A stretch of DNA of 64,000 bases, taken from Lingula anatina (lineage: Eukaryota; Animalia; Brachiopoda). The position numbers were made by a program, and so were the translations under genes. The DNA is taken from positions 7,254,001 to 7,318,000 of the forward strand of contig CM120647.1 of NCBI GenBank assembly GCA_051362555.1, written 5' to 3'. This document shows positions 25,829 through 37,874 of this stretch, piece by piece. Numbering within the stretch: the stretch's first letter is position 1; the number at the start of each line of letters is the position of its first letter. The notes beneath the pieces were generated by a model. It was not told the DNA's origin. It saw nothing but the letters and a program-made list of their open reading frames with translations, and did not search any database.

Positions 25829-28751
25829 TATAAGCTTACGAGAATTGGACAAAGAGGAGTAAGTTGATCATGTATAATTCTGGCTTCGTCTAAATCTGAA
25901 GCTTGCTGTGTCACTTGCAGGGCGCAGCAAGTTCCACAAAAGCAAACGTCCAAACACGTTTTACTGGCCGTGCATGCATCTTCCCTATTTTTGCCTTTGT
26001 TGCCGAACTGTGAGAGGTCTTCTTCAAAGGGATCCAAAGTGTGGACGTCTTTGAATACTGAGAAGAAAGAAAATGTGTTAAGTATATAAATTATTTTCGT
26101 CATAATTCACGCGCAGAGGCCCAAACTGAGGTAAGTACTTGACTCCATATATCATTATTCTAATTACCTTATAATTTATAGGCTAAATGTAGAGAACATG
26201 TAGAAAGGGACCTATTGTAGAATAAAAATCATTCTGAAATTTCAGCATGCCCCTTTCCCTCATAAGTACATGTTTCCCTTTCCAAAATGGACAATCCCAT
26301 TTTTTACTTTAGCAATCCAATTTTTATCATTCAAAAATAAAAACCACCAGTCTCTATTTCCATTGCTAGAGTGACTCAGAAACTATTAACTGAGTCCTTG
26401 ATGGTGAGGGATAAAGTCTTGACATTTCGAGGAAAATGCTCTCAATAGCATTAAAAATTCAAATTAATAAATGTCTAACGCGCCCAGATATCTGTTTTTT
26501 AAAATACTATACATATTTTCAATAGTGTGCAGATGTATGTATGAGTGAGAACGGTGGTAATAACTGATAACTCTATTGGTTGTAAAACAAACACTATTAC
26601 CCGGCTCATGCATACATTTTATAACGCTACCATAACGTTACCACAATTCAGTTTTCTAATACGACACTTATAAAAGAGTTATACTAGTCAAATTACATAC
26701 TCGGTACGTGTTCCGTGTGTCTCCCTTTCATGTTTGACTGTGCGTTTAGTGTTATCGCTCTGAAAAAATATAAATCGATAAATACATATTTTTTAAAAAA
26801 ATTAGCATAATAAACATTGTATAATTCCTTACCTCAACTTTCATTCTGCCATTCCGAAACTAAATCTGCATTGTAACTCAATTAGATATAATATTGTGTC
26901 CATTTTAGGAGGTACAGTTGTACATGTAAAAGTCATATGCTTCAGAACAATAGTTTAATACATTTTAATTTCAAAGTAGCCTATTAAAATAGGCTACTTT
27001 GAACTTTACTTTTGAAGTAGACTTTATACTTCGTTTACAATATTAAACAAACAATTTTCAAGATGATGTTATTGATTGAATCTGACTCAAGCGTTTAGTT
27101 CTATGAATTTTAAAGGAAAAAGCAAAGTATTATCTGCGTCAACCTTATGTGCACTTTCTGTTAAACAACATGAAGACAAGTAAATAAATAAATAAATATG
27201 AAAAAAATGATTTCTCTTACTTATACCGTGCCCCAGCAATGACCTCATCTGGAATAAACAGAGAGCGAGCTACGCCGGAAGTGGGGTTGGGCGCGTGCTC
27301 CGGTCGAGTAAAAAACGGAGTACCGGTGCTAAACGAAAGACATTTATTACATGTGAATTATTCTGTTAAATATCGTGAAATCTGACTCCTACGACAAAAC
27401 GTGATGTTGAATTTGATAAACAGGTGTAACTTGCAAAATTGAAGGCATACTATGAATCTTCTACAGGACGATTATACTTTTCTTATAAAAAAAGTAGGAT
27501 TGTATTTTTTTTTTGAAGTACCCGGATGCAACTGTACAAAAATAAATACAGTTAGAAAAGTGATCAAGGTGCAAGAGTCTAGCAATTTACTGAATGCTCG
27601 TATTGTGGGAATTTTAATATCGTTTAATAACTAGATCAATTACATTTTTAGTTCAATATAAACAAGTAGTTAATAAAAAGCCGTAAAAACAGGTCACTTT
27701 ATACCATGGATAGGCTCCCATTGTTAAAACAGCTTTGTCCAGACTGCCCATTGATGTTGAAATCAACTGCCTCCTAAATGAAAAATATATATCACATTAA
27801 TAAATGCATATATAATACATCAAAGTTTTGTCATTTGATACGAAATATTTTGTTCAAAATTTCTAGGTAAATATGGTAATTACCGGTAGCTTCAGAGTAC
27901 GTATATATTGCACATTTCTACATCTTATATATGAAAAATCTGAATACAGGAATGGGTTATCAAAATGAAAAATAAATCACATTGACGGGGTATATGCAAC
28001 ATTAGTATATTCCCAACATAGAGAAGTGCATTATACATGCAAAATACAATGCAATGTCAGATGTTTGCTTTTAAAGTTTTATTAATATTTCATTTGTCTG
28101 TATTTTCATACCTCTGTGTCATACTAGCTTCAACAGAAAGTATGGACTCTACGTCTCCTGAAAAGGGCACAGCAGGTTTCGACTCAACCATGAAACGGGC
28201 ACACTCCTTTTGCCACATGCTAGGACAGAGGCTGGATAATTAATTAATCAATTAATCAATTAATATGTAAAATGAAAAACTAATGCATCAATTGATAAAC
28301 TTATGAATAGATGGATAGAATCAACGATTCATACAATATTTTTAGGAACGCCTGCACATATGCCATAAAGATAAAGATTAAATATTTTAATGGTATTTAT
28401 TTATACTGACTCTTAATTATCGCTGTTATTCACTTATATCTTGGCTCCTCCTAATAACAGTGGCCAAGATTTTTTCTAGGTCATAGTTATGACATAATGA
28501 CCAATTAGAAGAACCAAATCGGTTGCCCCTCCAAAAACTGCAACCGTTACTAATAGTATATAAATCATTACGATGAAACTTTGCTCACTTACTTGTTGGC
28601 ATCTAAAGTCTTTAATTTTTCCAACAGCTCTTCGGATTCTAGCGAAACCTTTGCAGTTTTCTTTTCATGGTCAAAATGCACCAGGATATATTCAGTCTTA
28701 AATAAAATGAATAAAATGAAAACAGCTGCGGCCATTGGTTTCAAATAATCA

Positions 28752-28785
<34 letters not shown>

Positions 28786-29742
28786 TCACATACCAATTGT
28801 TACCAGGTTACCAGTACTAGCAGGGAACGCTTTAATGCGAATGAACATTATTTGTCTTGCATCGATCGTTACAGCATTGTGAATACTTTAATGAGTTATA
28901 ATTGCAAATCTGTGCAACATCTATCAAAAACTGACGGTTTACGTAGTTCCCCAGTCTGAAAAAATATTAAAAATTATAAGGTGTTATACGCTTTTTACGG
29001 AGTCTTTTAATTTGTCGTCATCATATGGTGGCCTCATTTGATAACTTTTCCGTGTTAAAGGTGAAGCAATTTTCATAGATGATTGATTTCGTAAATGGTA
29101 TATATATATATATCAGAATAATGTTTCCCCATGTCAGGAAAAGGAAATTGTAGTAATTGTAATGACAGGCCGCTCTCGTCAAACGGGAAATTACAAACTG
29201 AAATGTGTTTTTGCTTCTGAAAAAAAAAAGCAGACCGTTATACCCTTTTAATTGACCAAACTTTAAAACACTAGACTAAAAAACATTGAGTGGGCTTTTT
29301 TGGACCGAAAGTGTTTCTTCTGTTGAGCTCCAAAACTCCCAGCCCTGTCTACGGGGGTGAACCACCTTATGTATAGCTTCAACCCGAAACCATTTGGACA
29401 CAGGTCAGTTTTCCTAGCTGAGGTTTGCATTAAAAACGAATGAATATGCGTTTTCTCAGCAATGGCTACTTCCCATTTTGAAGTTCCATGTCCTTTACAT
29501 ATCCCTCGAAATACTTCGGTAAACCCCCACCCCCCACCCCACCCCGTCTTCGACAAAACCCTTTGCTCTCATTCAGGACTACTCACCTCGTCCCCCCAAA
29601 GGAGCTCTCTCTTCTCCGCACCCTTATCCTCGTGGTAAACCCGGATGAGTTCCTTCACGGCATTCAATCGGATTTTCGGCCATATGTCCGCTATTTCCTC
29701 CGACGTCAACCATCGTTCTCCGTCCTGTTCTAAACCATTCAT
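21582..29742 (-). CDS. Glutamate-cysteine ligase catalytic subunit-like, paralog B (16 exons, about 633 aa)
   Basis: Hand-spliced exons (minus strand): 29742-29587, 28696-28593, 28231-28112, 27773-27705, 27328-27221, 26759-26701, 26057-25840, 25560-25447, 25199-25061, 24721-24600, 23807-23721, 23139-23035, 22752-22665, 22518-22412, 22148-22025, 21763-21582. Exon sizes and phases match paralog A; 1902 nt open frame ending in TAA. Confidence 0.9.
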
Positions 29743-30152
29743 TTTGATGTCCGAAGTTGCCTCTCCCTCCTTGTAAACGACAGCACTTATACACTATACA
29801 GTGTGCTGCAGGTTATTTATACACAGCACATATCAGATCTAAAACCACAGTAGTTATCATTCCTCCTTGTAAGTATGTATATTTATGTATGTATTCAGGA
29901 ACATGGATGTGGATGATTATGCTACTTATACACAATAGGGCCAGCTATTCAAACTAGTGCGTGAGCCATTAATTTAATCATTTGTACCCTCGTGTACGTT
30001 ATCCACATGTGCGTAATCTACGTGTTTTGTTTCGTGGTCTCATGGAAAGTGCCAAAGTGTACGATTCAATTATGCCTTATATTTCAAAACTGCATCTCAG
30101 TGCTTTTTAACCATGCACAAAGTGTGTATAAATCCTGAATTCACTGAATTAA

Positions 30153-30502
30153 AGGGATAATAACTCTTCGTTTTGGCCAAAAAATGAATTTTCCTGGAGT
30201 AAACAACAATTTTCCCATACTTACCAATGGTTAATAAATCCATTTTTACATTCAAAGCTAGTCCCTGTTTTTTTTTTTTTTTTTTTTTTTTTGTTTTTTT
30301 TTTTTTTTTTTTTTTTTTTTTGTTAAAATCTCTTAAGAGATTATAACTGAGTACAGCCATCAATCTGAAGACAAGCTCAGATATCAGAATAATAGCTATA
30401 ACTGCCGTTTTTGAGGTAAAACAGAATATATTATATTTCTGTGAGTTGTTCACAGTGTTTTTATTGTGAAATATAAATATCATACGAAGAGTTATTATCC
30501 CT
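30153..30502. mobile_element. Non-autonomous TTAA-flanked DNA element (Kolobok-like); second, inverted copy at about 43745-44074
   Basis: TIR AGGGATAATAACTCTTCGT at both ends, with TTAA at 30149-30152 and 30503-30506. A homologous internal sequence occurs in reverse orientation near 43.7-44.1 kb. Confidence 0.7.
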
Positions 30503-31027
30503 TTAACAAACGTCGTAAAGCAAAAAAAAGCTTAACCTCATTAGTCTGAAATAAGCGTTTAGTCCTCAGAGCAGTGCATCCATACATCGAATTGACTTAT
30601 AAAGAGGGTCTATTCACTGGACGGCCTAGTCACGCCAACTAATCATCTATCATATTTTAAAGAGGGTCTCTCAAATTACCTCGAGTATTTTTTTATGACA
30701 GCATTTAATGGCCAGATATCTAAATACAACATCCAAAAAATATTCACCTTTGAATTCTGATGAAAGCTTCGTTGTTTAAGTTCCATGTTTTGATCGAAGG
30801 GTTGCGAAGAACGCTCGGTGAAGCTTAGACTTTTACGACGAAACGTACCCACTTACAACTTGTTTACAAAAACCTTAATTTTCGGGACGCTACCTCTCGA
30901 AAAAGAACTGGATCACTTTCAAATTTTTATTCATATATTTAGAGTAGATTTTGTCTTTCAATTTTTGTCAACTCGTTAGGGCGGAAATGGTATTTCTGAA
31001 ATATGAGTGAGCCTCCTTAACACCTTA

Positions 31028-31316
31028 GGCCCCATTCAGAATGGATGATCAGAGTGCTTACTGATCCCCCGACTAAATATGGCCGACCACGGTTCAGAAG
31101 GGATGCCGCTTATCCCTGATGGTCTCTCCGCCTCCTCATTTGCCGTCGCTGGAGGGGCCTAGCAATTAAACCTCGGAGCAGAGATTTAATCCGTTTAAAG
31201 GCGCGTTTGAAGGCAGGGAGACCATCAGGAATCAGCCGCGTTGCTTCTGAACTGTGGTCGGTCATATTTAGTTGGCAGATCAGTAAGTACTCGGATCATC
31301 TATTCTCAATAGCGCC
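31028..31316. mobile_element. Tourist-like MITE with TTA target duplication; degenerate relative near 17943-18200
   Basis: Long imperfect inverted arms (GAATGGATGATCAGAGTGCTTACTGATC / GATCAGTAAGTACTCGGATCATCTATTC), with TTA on both sides. Confidence 0.7.
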
Positions 31317-32427
31317 TTAGATAACAAAAAAGAATAACAATAATAATAATAGAATAAAGACAGGTACTCAAATCAATAATGTAAATGGTGACGTTCTTAC
31401 CAGTGCTATGACCCTGAATCGTGGACACTCTACCAACGCCACTTAAGGAAACTACTCCACATCCAAACCACTTGCCTTAGAAAAATTCTCAGCATCAACT
31501 GACAAAGTAAGACCCCAAAAGTGGACAACGGTAATCATGAGTCTTTAGTGTAAATTAAGCCGCCCTTCTTCGTGTGCGCATATCTAGTATATGTGTGTCT
31601 CTGCGTCACGCAGAACTTGTTACACAAACGCAACACATGAGTTTTACGTAATTTGGCAGTTGACAATACTTGCGGTTGTCCTTGAAATCATTCGTGTTAT
31701 GCACCCATTGTCCTGCAGAGGCAAAGCTCCAGAGAGTTGCATAACGTGAATTTATACTGTCTCTTTTATATTTTAATAAAAGCTTTACAAGCTTATAAGC
31801 TTTATAAGCTTACACTGTGTTCCAGACTGAAGTTAAGTAACAGCTTTGAGACCCTATCAATATCAATGCATTAAATGTTCAATATATTCCGTGGAGACCT
31901 TTTCCCGGCAAAAAAAGTTTGTTTTTTTTTTTTCGAACCTACCCTGGCTACGGTCCTGAACTTGGTCGCTCCAACTCTCCGAGAGATCTCCACTAGAGTG
32001 CAATCAGTGGAATCTACTTAATCGGCAGACGATAGTTAACTACCCCTTCACCCACCCAAACTGTTCTAGCAGGATCGACTCATCTTCGAGGGGTTTATCG
32101 CTTAATAGAGAGCTTTCGCACCTGTACGTTTAGGCGAACGACTACGTTTAGGTCATCATATTTTGCTGTCTAGTGACGTGTACACATACGGTTAGAGAGA
32201 ACATTATCCGCAGCTATATTGCTACCCGTCAATGAAAAACGGTTTGACAAATCAGCATAATTTTATGAAATCAAGCCTTTCAAAATTGATAGTTTCTCTG
32301 CTAAAATCATATTGGACATTTTATTTTTGCAAAGTATGTGAAACATGCTGTGTCTGTAGATTGTTGCATACAAATATATAGCAAAGACCACCTGGATATT
32401 TCAGCACTACCGTGACAACAACTCAAG

Positions 32428-35400
32428 ATGAGATACTCAATGAACAGACTGCATGAAATTGGTAGGAAAGTTACTGCCAGTAATGTGGTATTGCCCAGGG
32501 GGCTTTTCAGGACAATAAGAACAAGTGGTATAAGCCCTGTATTACCAACACACAGGGGCTGCAGGGCAGGCAGTGATAAGCAGAGACAATTACCTGTCAT
32601 TATCAACAAATTTAACAGGGCAGTGAAAACTTTCACAGAGAAGAGACCAAAAACTTTGTGTACCATAAAATGTGTATCTTCATATCATCTGGGAAATAAC
32701 ATCAAAATGTCTCTTTGGAATGCCAGATCCGTGGTTGACAAGGTGCCCCATTTGTGTGACTCTATAGACCAGCATAATACAGACATTTTCATGCTAACAG
32801 AAACATGGATAAATAGTAAAAACTGCAATTTCTTTGATGCTGACTTTAACTCCTCCTTCAGTGGCTATACAATTCATCACTCACCTAGGATTCACCGGAA
32901 AGGTGGTGGCATTGCCATTATGACACGGTCCAACATGAAAGTTGTAAAAAACAAAGCGTCAGAGTTTAAATCTTTTGAATTCCTTGATGTGAATGTCTCC
33001 ACCCGGAAAGATATGCTGCATTTGATTCTGATATACCGTCCACCCTACTCAAAGAAGCACAAGTACACCGTATCTAGCTTCGTAGACGAATTTTCCAAGC
33101 TTTTAGAAGGCGCTCTGTTCTCTCCAGGTCGCCTGGTAATAGCTGGAGATTTTAATATCCACATGGATAACGAGATATGCAGCGATGTTAGGAGGTTTAA
33201 GGACCTGATTGAATCAATGGGTTTGACTCAACACATCAGAACAGCCACCCACTCAAAGGGACATATCCTAGACTTAGTGCTGACTCGCACCGACTTCTGC
33301 CTTCAAAGTTTTACTTTAGACTACAGCCTTCCTTCAGACCATGCTGCAATCCACTTCGTGGCAGACCTTGTACGCCCGGAACCTTCAAAAAGAGTCATCC
33401 AACGTAGAGATATCTCGAAACTTGATCCAGTAATCCTAAATGATGCGTTTAAACATGTTTTTGAGGATGCAGAACAGACCACAGATCCAAGTACCTTAGT
33501 AGATCTGTATAATACGTCTATATCCAAGATCATGGAAGATATTGCACCAATGCAGACCAGAGTCAAGTTGGTGAAACAGAGGGCTGAATGGTTTACATCT
33601 GAACTCAGCGAAGAAAGGAAAAAGATCAGGAAGCTTGAACGTCAGTGGTGCAACTCAAAATTGGAAATACACCGGGAATTATTCAAAACTGCCAGAGCTA
33701 ACTATCACACCCTCCTTGAAAAGCAAAAAACTGTATACCATCGGACCTGTATTGAAGGTGCTGATCAAAGGGAACTCTTTAGGATTGTGGACAAGATTTC
33801 AGAATCTAAGTCAAGCCAGCTAAGTGTGCTTCCTGACATGGAAATGTCAACACTTCCTCAAGTTTTTGCAGATTTCTTCACAAACCGAATCAAGGATATT
33901 CGTAAGGACTTAACTCAAAATGCTACCACAGGATCCTCAGAATCAGATCCATTACCAAGTGAATTTCAAGACAGGTGTGCCAGTCAGGGTGGTGGGGCCC
34001 AACTGAGCAATTTCCTACCGGTCTCAGAGAAGGATATTATCTCTGTTATAAAGGGGATGAATTCTAAGTTTTGTGCTCTGGATCCCATGCCAACATATAT
34101 AGTGAAAGAGTGTATTAGTGTGTTATCTCCAGTTCTCTTGAGATTAGTAAATCTGTCTTTCTCAACAGGTATCTTTCCATCAAACTGCAAAACTGCAATT
34201 GTTAGACCATTACTTAAAAAGCAAGGGCTGTGTAAAAATGTCCTGAAAAACTATAGACCAATATCAAATCTACCCTTTTTAGGTAAATTTCTTGAAAAAA
34301 TGGCATGTTCCCAACTAAGCAGCTATCTATCTGAAAATAAACTCTTTGGGAAATTCCAGTCTGCCTATAGAGAAGGCCACAGCACTGAGACAGCTCTACT
34401 TCGAGTCCACAACGACATAATGCTTGCCCTGGATAAACAAAGAGATGTCATTTTAGTTCTTCTAGACCTTTCAGCGGCTTTCGATACCATAGATCATAAT
34501 ATTCTTCTTCACAGGTTGCAGCATCGTTTTAGAGTGAATGGACTTGCACTTAGTTGGTTTACCTCTTACCTGAAAAACAGAACACAAAGGGTTTCAATAG
34601 AGTCGGTTTTATCTCAGCCAGTTAACTTGGAGTACGGTGTTCCACAAGGGTCTGTGTTAGGTCCGATCCTATTCTCATTATACATGTTACCTGTAGAAGA
34701 TATCATACTAAAGCATGGTCTGAACACTGTTATTTTTGCAGATGACACACAAGTATATATTACATGCAAGAGCAGCCAGTCTGCAACAATCACTTCTATG
34801 GAGACTTGTCTTGCAGAGATTCGAGAATGGATGAAAGTGAACATGTTGGCTTTAAATGATAGTAAGACTGAGTTGATATGGTTTACATCAAGGTTCAAGG
34901 CAAATAGAAAAAATGTAGCAAATGCCAACATTTGCATAGGAGATGTTCTTATAAAACCATCTAGTTCTGTAAAAGATCTGGGAGTTACCCTCGATGAAAA
35001 TGGCACTATGGGCAAGCGTGTATCTGAAGTGTGTAAATCAGCATCTTATGCACTATGGCACATTGGAAAAATAAGGAAAGTGTTAGATAACAAAACCACT
35101 GAAAAATTAGTACATGCATTTATATCATCAAGATTAGATTACTGCAATAGTCTCCTCTTTGGTATTTGTGACTATCAGATTAAAAAGTTACAAGTTATTC
35201 AAAACTCAGCTGCAAGACTGGTTTGTCAAATTAAGTACAATAGTACACACCATATCACTCCCATTCTGAAAGAATTACACTGGCTGCCTGTGAAGCAGAG
35301 GATTGATTTTAAAGTACTCTGTATTATTTTTAAGGCGATCCATTCACAAGGACCATTATATTTATCTGATCTTATCTGTTTTAACTTACCACGGCGGTCC

Positions 35401-35607
35401 ACACGTTTTAATACTGAGAATGATTTTATTTTAGAACATTCTGTTTTAGAGAAGGGGTGCCTAAAAAGTTATGGAGATCGTGCTTTTATAATCTACGCCC
35501 CAAGAGTGTGGAATGGTCTACCAAATTTTATTAGGAAAACAGAAGACTTTGACAATTTTAAATCTCTTTTAAAGACCCACTTTTTTAATTCTGTCTATAT
35601 CTCTTAG
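32428..35607 (+). CDS. Non-LTR retrotransposon ORF (APE endonuclease + reverse transcriptase), L2/CR1 group, 1059 aa
   Basis: Uninterrupted ORF with APE motifs (WNARS, LTETW, GDFN, LDLV, SDH) and RT motifs (NYRPISNLPFLGKFLEK, LDLSAAFDTIDH, GVPQGSVLGP, FADD), plus the L2-type C-terminus SRLDYCNSLL...HITPILKELHWLP. Confidence 0.95.
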   Translation: MRYSMNRLHEIGRKVTASNVVLPRGLFRTIRTSGISPVLPTHRGCRAGSDKQRQLPVIINKFNRAVKTFTEKRPKTLCTIKCVSSYHLGNNIKMSLWNARSVVDKVPHLCDSIDQHNTDIFMLTETWINSKNCNFFDADFNSSFSGYTIHHSPRIHRKGGGIAIMTRSNMKVVKNKASEFKSFEFLDVNVSTRKDMLHLILIYRPPYSKKHKYTVSSFVDEFSKLLEGALFSPGRLVIAGDFNIHMDNEICSDVRRFKDLIESMGLTQHIRTATHSKGHILDLVLTRTDFCLQSFTLDYSLPSDHAAIHFVADLVRPEPSKRVIQRRDISKLDPVILNDAFKHVFEDAEQTTDPSTLVDLYNTSISKIMEDIAPMQTRVKLVKQRAEWFTSELSEERKKIRKLERQWCNSKLEIHRELFKTARANYHTLLEKQKTVYHRTCIEGADQRELFRIVDKISESKSSQLSVLPDMEMSTLPQVFADFFTNRIKDIRKDLTQNATTGSSESDPLPSEFQDRCASQGGGAQLSNFLPVSEKDIISVIKGMNSKFCALDPMPTYIVKECISVLSPVLLRLVNLSFSTGIFPSNCKTAIVRPLLKKQGLCKNVLKNYRPISNLPFLGKFLEKMACSQLSSYLSENKLFGKFQSAYREGHSTETALLRVHNDIMLALDKQRDVILVLLDLSAAFDTIDHNILLHRLQHRFRVNGLALSWFTSYLKNRTQRVSIESVLSQPVNLEYGVPQGSVLGPILFSLYMLPVEDIILKHGLNTVIFADDTQVYITCKSSQSATITSMETCLAEIREWMKVNMLALNDSKTELIWFTSRFKANRKNVANANICIGDVLIKPSSSVKDLGVTLDENGTMGKRVSEVCKSASYALWHIGKIRKVLDNKTTEKLVHAFISSRLDYCNSLLFGICDYQIKKLQVIQNSAARLVCQIKYNSTHHITPILKELHWLPVKQRIDFKVLCIIFKAIHSQGPLYLSDLICFNLPRRSTRFNTENDFILEHSVLEKGCLKSYGDRAFIIYAPRVWNGLPNFIRKTEDFDNFKSLLKTHFFNSVYIS

Positions 35608-35755
35608 ATTTTATTTTAATATATATATGTTTTGTTTTTTTTTTTTTTTTTAATAAGATTGATTTTTAGTAGTGTAAATTTTAAATGGTTTCCAATGAGA
35701 GTTTATGATTAAAATATTGTAGTCATTTTAATGATTTTAGTATATTAGCCATTAT

Positions 35756-35822
35756 TGTAAGGCGCCTTGAGATAGAATGTAAGGCGCCATATAAGAATCT
35801 TATTATTATTATTATTATTATT
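35756..35822 (+). mobile_element. L2-type 3' end: stem-loop plus (TTA)n tail
   Basis: TGTAAGGCGCCTTGAG...TAAGGCGCCATATAAGAATC followed by (TTA)n, the characteristic L2-clade terminus. Confidence 0.8.
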
Positions 35823-36331
35823 TGTGTCTGTGTTTTTTGTTACTATTGAAATATAGGTTATACCCGTAAAAAAGGCATTTTCTACTGACCACAAGGCAGT
35901 CAGAACTGGCCTTCCGCACGCGTGACGGATTGTATTATAAGACTGTTAGGTCATCATTTTGTGAGCAGTTGTTACGAGTACACATGCCTTTATAAGTGGT
36001 CTGTAGACTAGCCGTCTGCACTTGACGCATAACAAGCAGGATATCCGTAAGGTAAGTGCCGTTTAGTAAGATACTACCAGTAGCTCGATTTTCTCCTTTA
36101 GTTGACAGGACATGTCTCCTTGACTTTTAATGCAAATGTTATGAAGCCTTGTTTCGAAAGTCACATGGCGTCTTGTTTTGTGTATTTGAATAAATGAATT
36201 ATAAATAAAAGTAAGGACAGCACATCTTTCTTTACATGAAATTGTCTCTAATAGCAAATATTGATTAATATTTATTATATCAGTAACAAAAACTGACGCT
36301 GCATTAATTGGTGACACGCTTATTTTTTCAG

Positions 36332-36528
36332 CTGAAAATTGCGACAACATGCCGCCAACTAAGAAGCACAGTACTGATTCACCAGCAGATTACGTTAGTT
36401 CCCTGAAAGACAAGTTGGCCTTCGAGAAAGAACGCTTTGAATTAGAAAAGAAAGAGCGAGAAGATCAAATTGAGAAAGACAAACAAATGATGGAGATGGT
36501 TATGTCTTTGGTTAAAAAGAAAAACTGA
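36332..36528 (+). pseudogene. Remnant terminal exon of a transposon accessory coiled-coil protein
   Basis: After a TTTTTTCAG acceptor the frame reads ENCDNMPPTKKH...SLKDKLAFEKERFELEKKEREDQIEKDKQMMEMVMSLVKKKN*. It is convergent with the transposase remnant, as in PHIS elements. Confidence 0.5.
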
Positions 36529-36684
36529 ATTGACATACTAAGCTGCCTACAAGATACACATGGGCTGAATCTTTGTTAAACATTAGTTTTTTATTTAAGA
36601 TTTCATTTAAATAAATGATTGCTTGCGGAATGAATTATTTTACTCTTAAATTTTCCATACGCACAATGTACACGTGTAGAGTTC

Positions 36685-36994
36685 ATGCTAAATAGTGCTC
36701 TAAGGTGGGAGGATCTAGTTAAAAGTACCGACTCATTTGATTACCATACACACAGGTATGGCAGTTGACCAGAAGACCACCTACCAAGTAGTGCTTGGCT
36801 ACAGGAGACAACAGAACTTTTTAATTCTTTAGAAAGTCCAGAAAGGCAAAGTTTCACAATAAGTTTCCGAACTCCCACTCGACGCATTCTTGCACAGAGG
36901 ACATTCTCCTGTTGAATTCTCCTTCTTCGGCACTCAAAGTTGCTCCTCTGAAGGGACTCAACAAATACCTTTTAACGGAGTAAGCCAGATCTCC
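36685..36994 (-). pseudogene. Disabled PIF/Pangu-type transposase C-terminus
   Basis: Manual translation GDLAYSVKRYLLSPFRGATLSAEEGEFNRRMSSVQECVEWEFGNLL*NFAFLDFLKN*KVLLSPVAKHYLVGGLLVNCHTCVYGNQMSRYF*LDPPTLEHYLA*. Has GD.AY and VEW.FG catalytic-region motifs and three internal stops. Absent from the ORF track. Confidence 0.8.
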
Positions 36995-36998
36995 ATTA

Positions 36999-37874
36999 AG
37001 CCTCGGTCACAACAGGCTGCACGGGCTTTTACGGCCTGTTTAAGTCCAAATTTTGCGCAGAATCTCACGTGCAACGCAAGTCCCTCTTGCGAAATTTGGG
37101 GCTCGCAGACAGCCCCTATGCACGTACGGCGGATGTTGGACATGTTCAAAAGATTCTACGAATAATCTGCGAACAGCGAGGCCGCCAGCGTAACTTGCTT
37201 CGCTCGCAAGGAGTTCGCCTGTGGGACGTGTGTGGTCCAAGACGCACGTCGCAAGCAATGCGTGTTGATTACGGCGCACGCCCTCACAACTAACGATCAG
37301 AGTCGAAAGCTCCGCGGAAGTGCGTCGCATGTGCGTCACCCCTACGCCAGGAGTAGAAAAGGTGTACTCACGCCACACGCTCGTGTCTCGACAATTAACG
37401 ACGATTGTGCAACCTGTACAACAATTTTTTAAAAATTTCGAATTTTGCCTAATTCAGGCAAAAAAAAAAAAAAACCTTAGAGAGCAGAAAAGAGGGGAGA
37501 AAGAAGAAGAAAGAAGGGAAGAACAGAAGGCAGAACTGTTGCACGCGTGTAGTACTTCATCACAAGCGTGTGAGGCAAGTGTGAAGCAAAATGGAACTAC
37601 TTTCGCCGTGCGTTGCTTTCTCTTCAATAGTGGTGAGCGCCTGCCACGTACGCAGGTAGCAAGACAAACTCAAGAAATGAGTACAATTTCCACGGCCATT
37701 GCACCTTGCAATTAGCGTCCCTGCTTGAAAGGACATCTCATGTGGCCCTTGCGACCCGCAAGGCAGACTTCTCTCTACCGGGTACCTCTACGACCTCCAC
37801 GGCCTCCGCAACACCCCCAAAATCGCAGATGACGTACGATTTTGAAATTTGTGCGTCCTGTTGTGACCGAGGCT
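36999..37874. mobile_element. Non-autonomous Harbinger-type element, 876 bp, inserted into the decayed transposase
   Basis: TIR AGCCTCGGTCACAACAGG at both ends; TTA duplication at 36996-36998 and 37875-37877. Confidence 0.8.
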
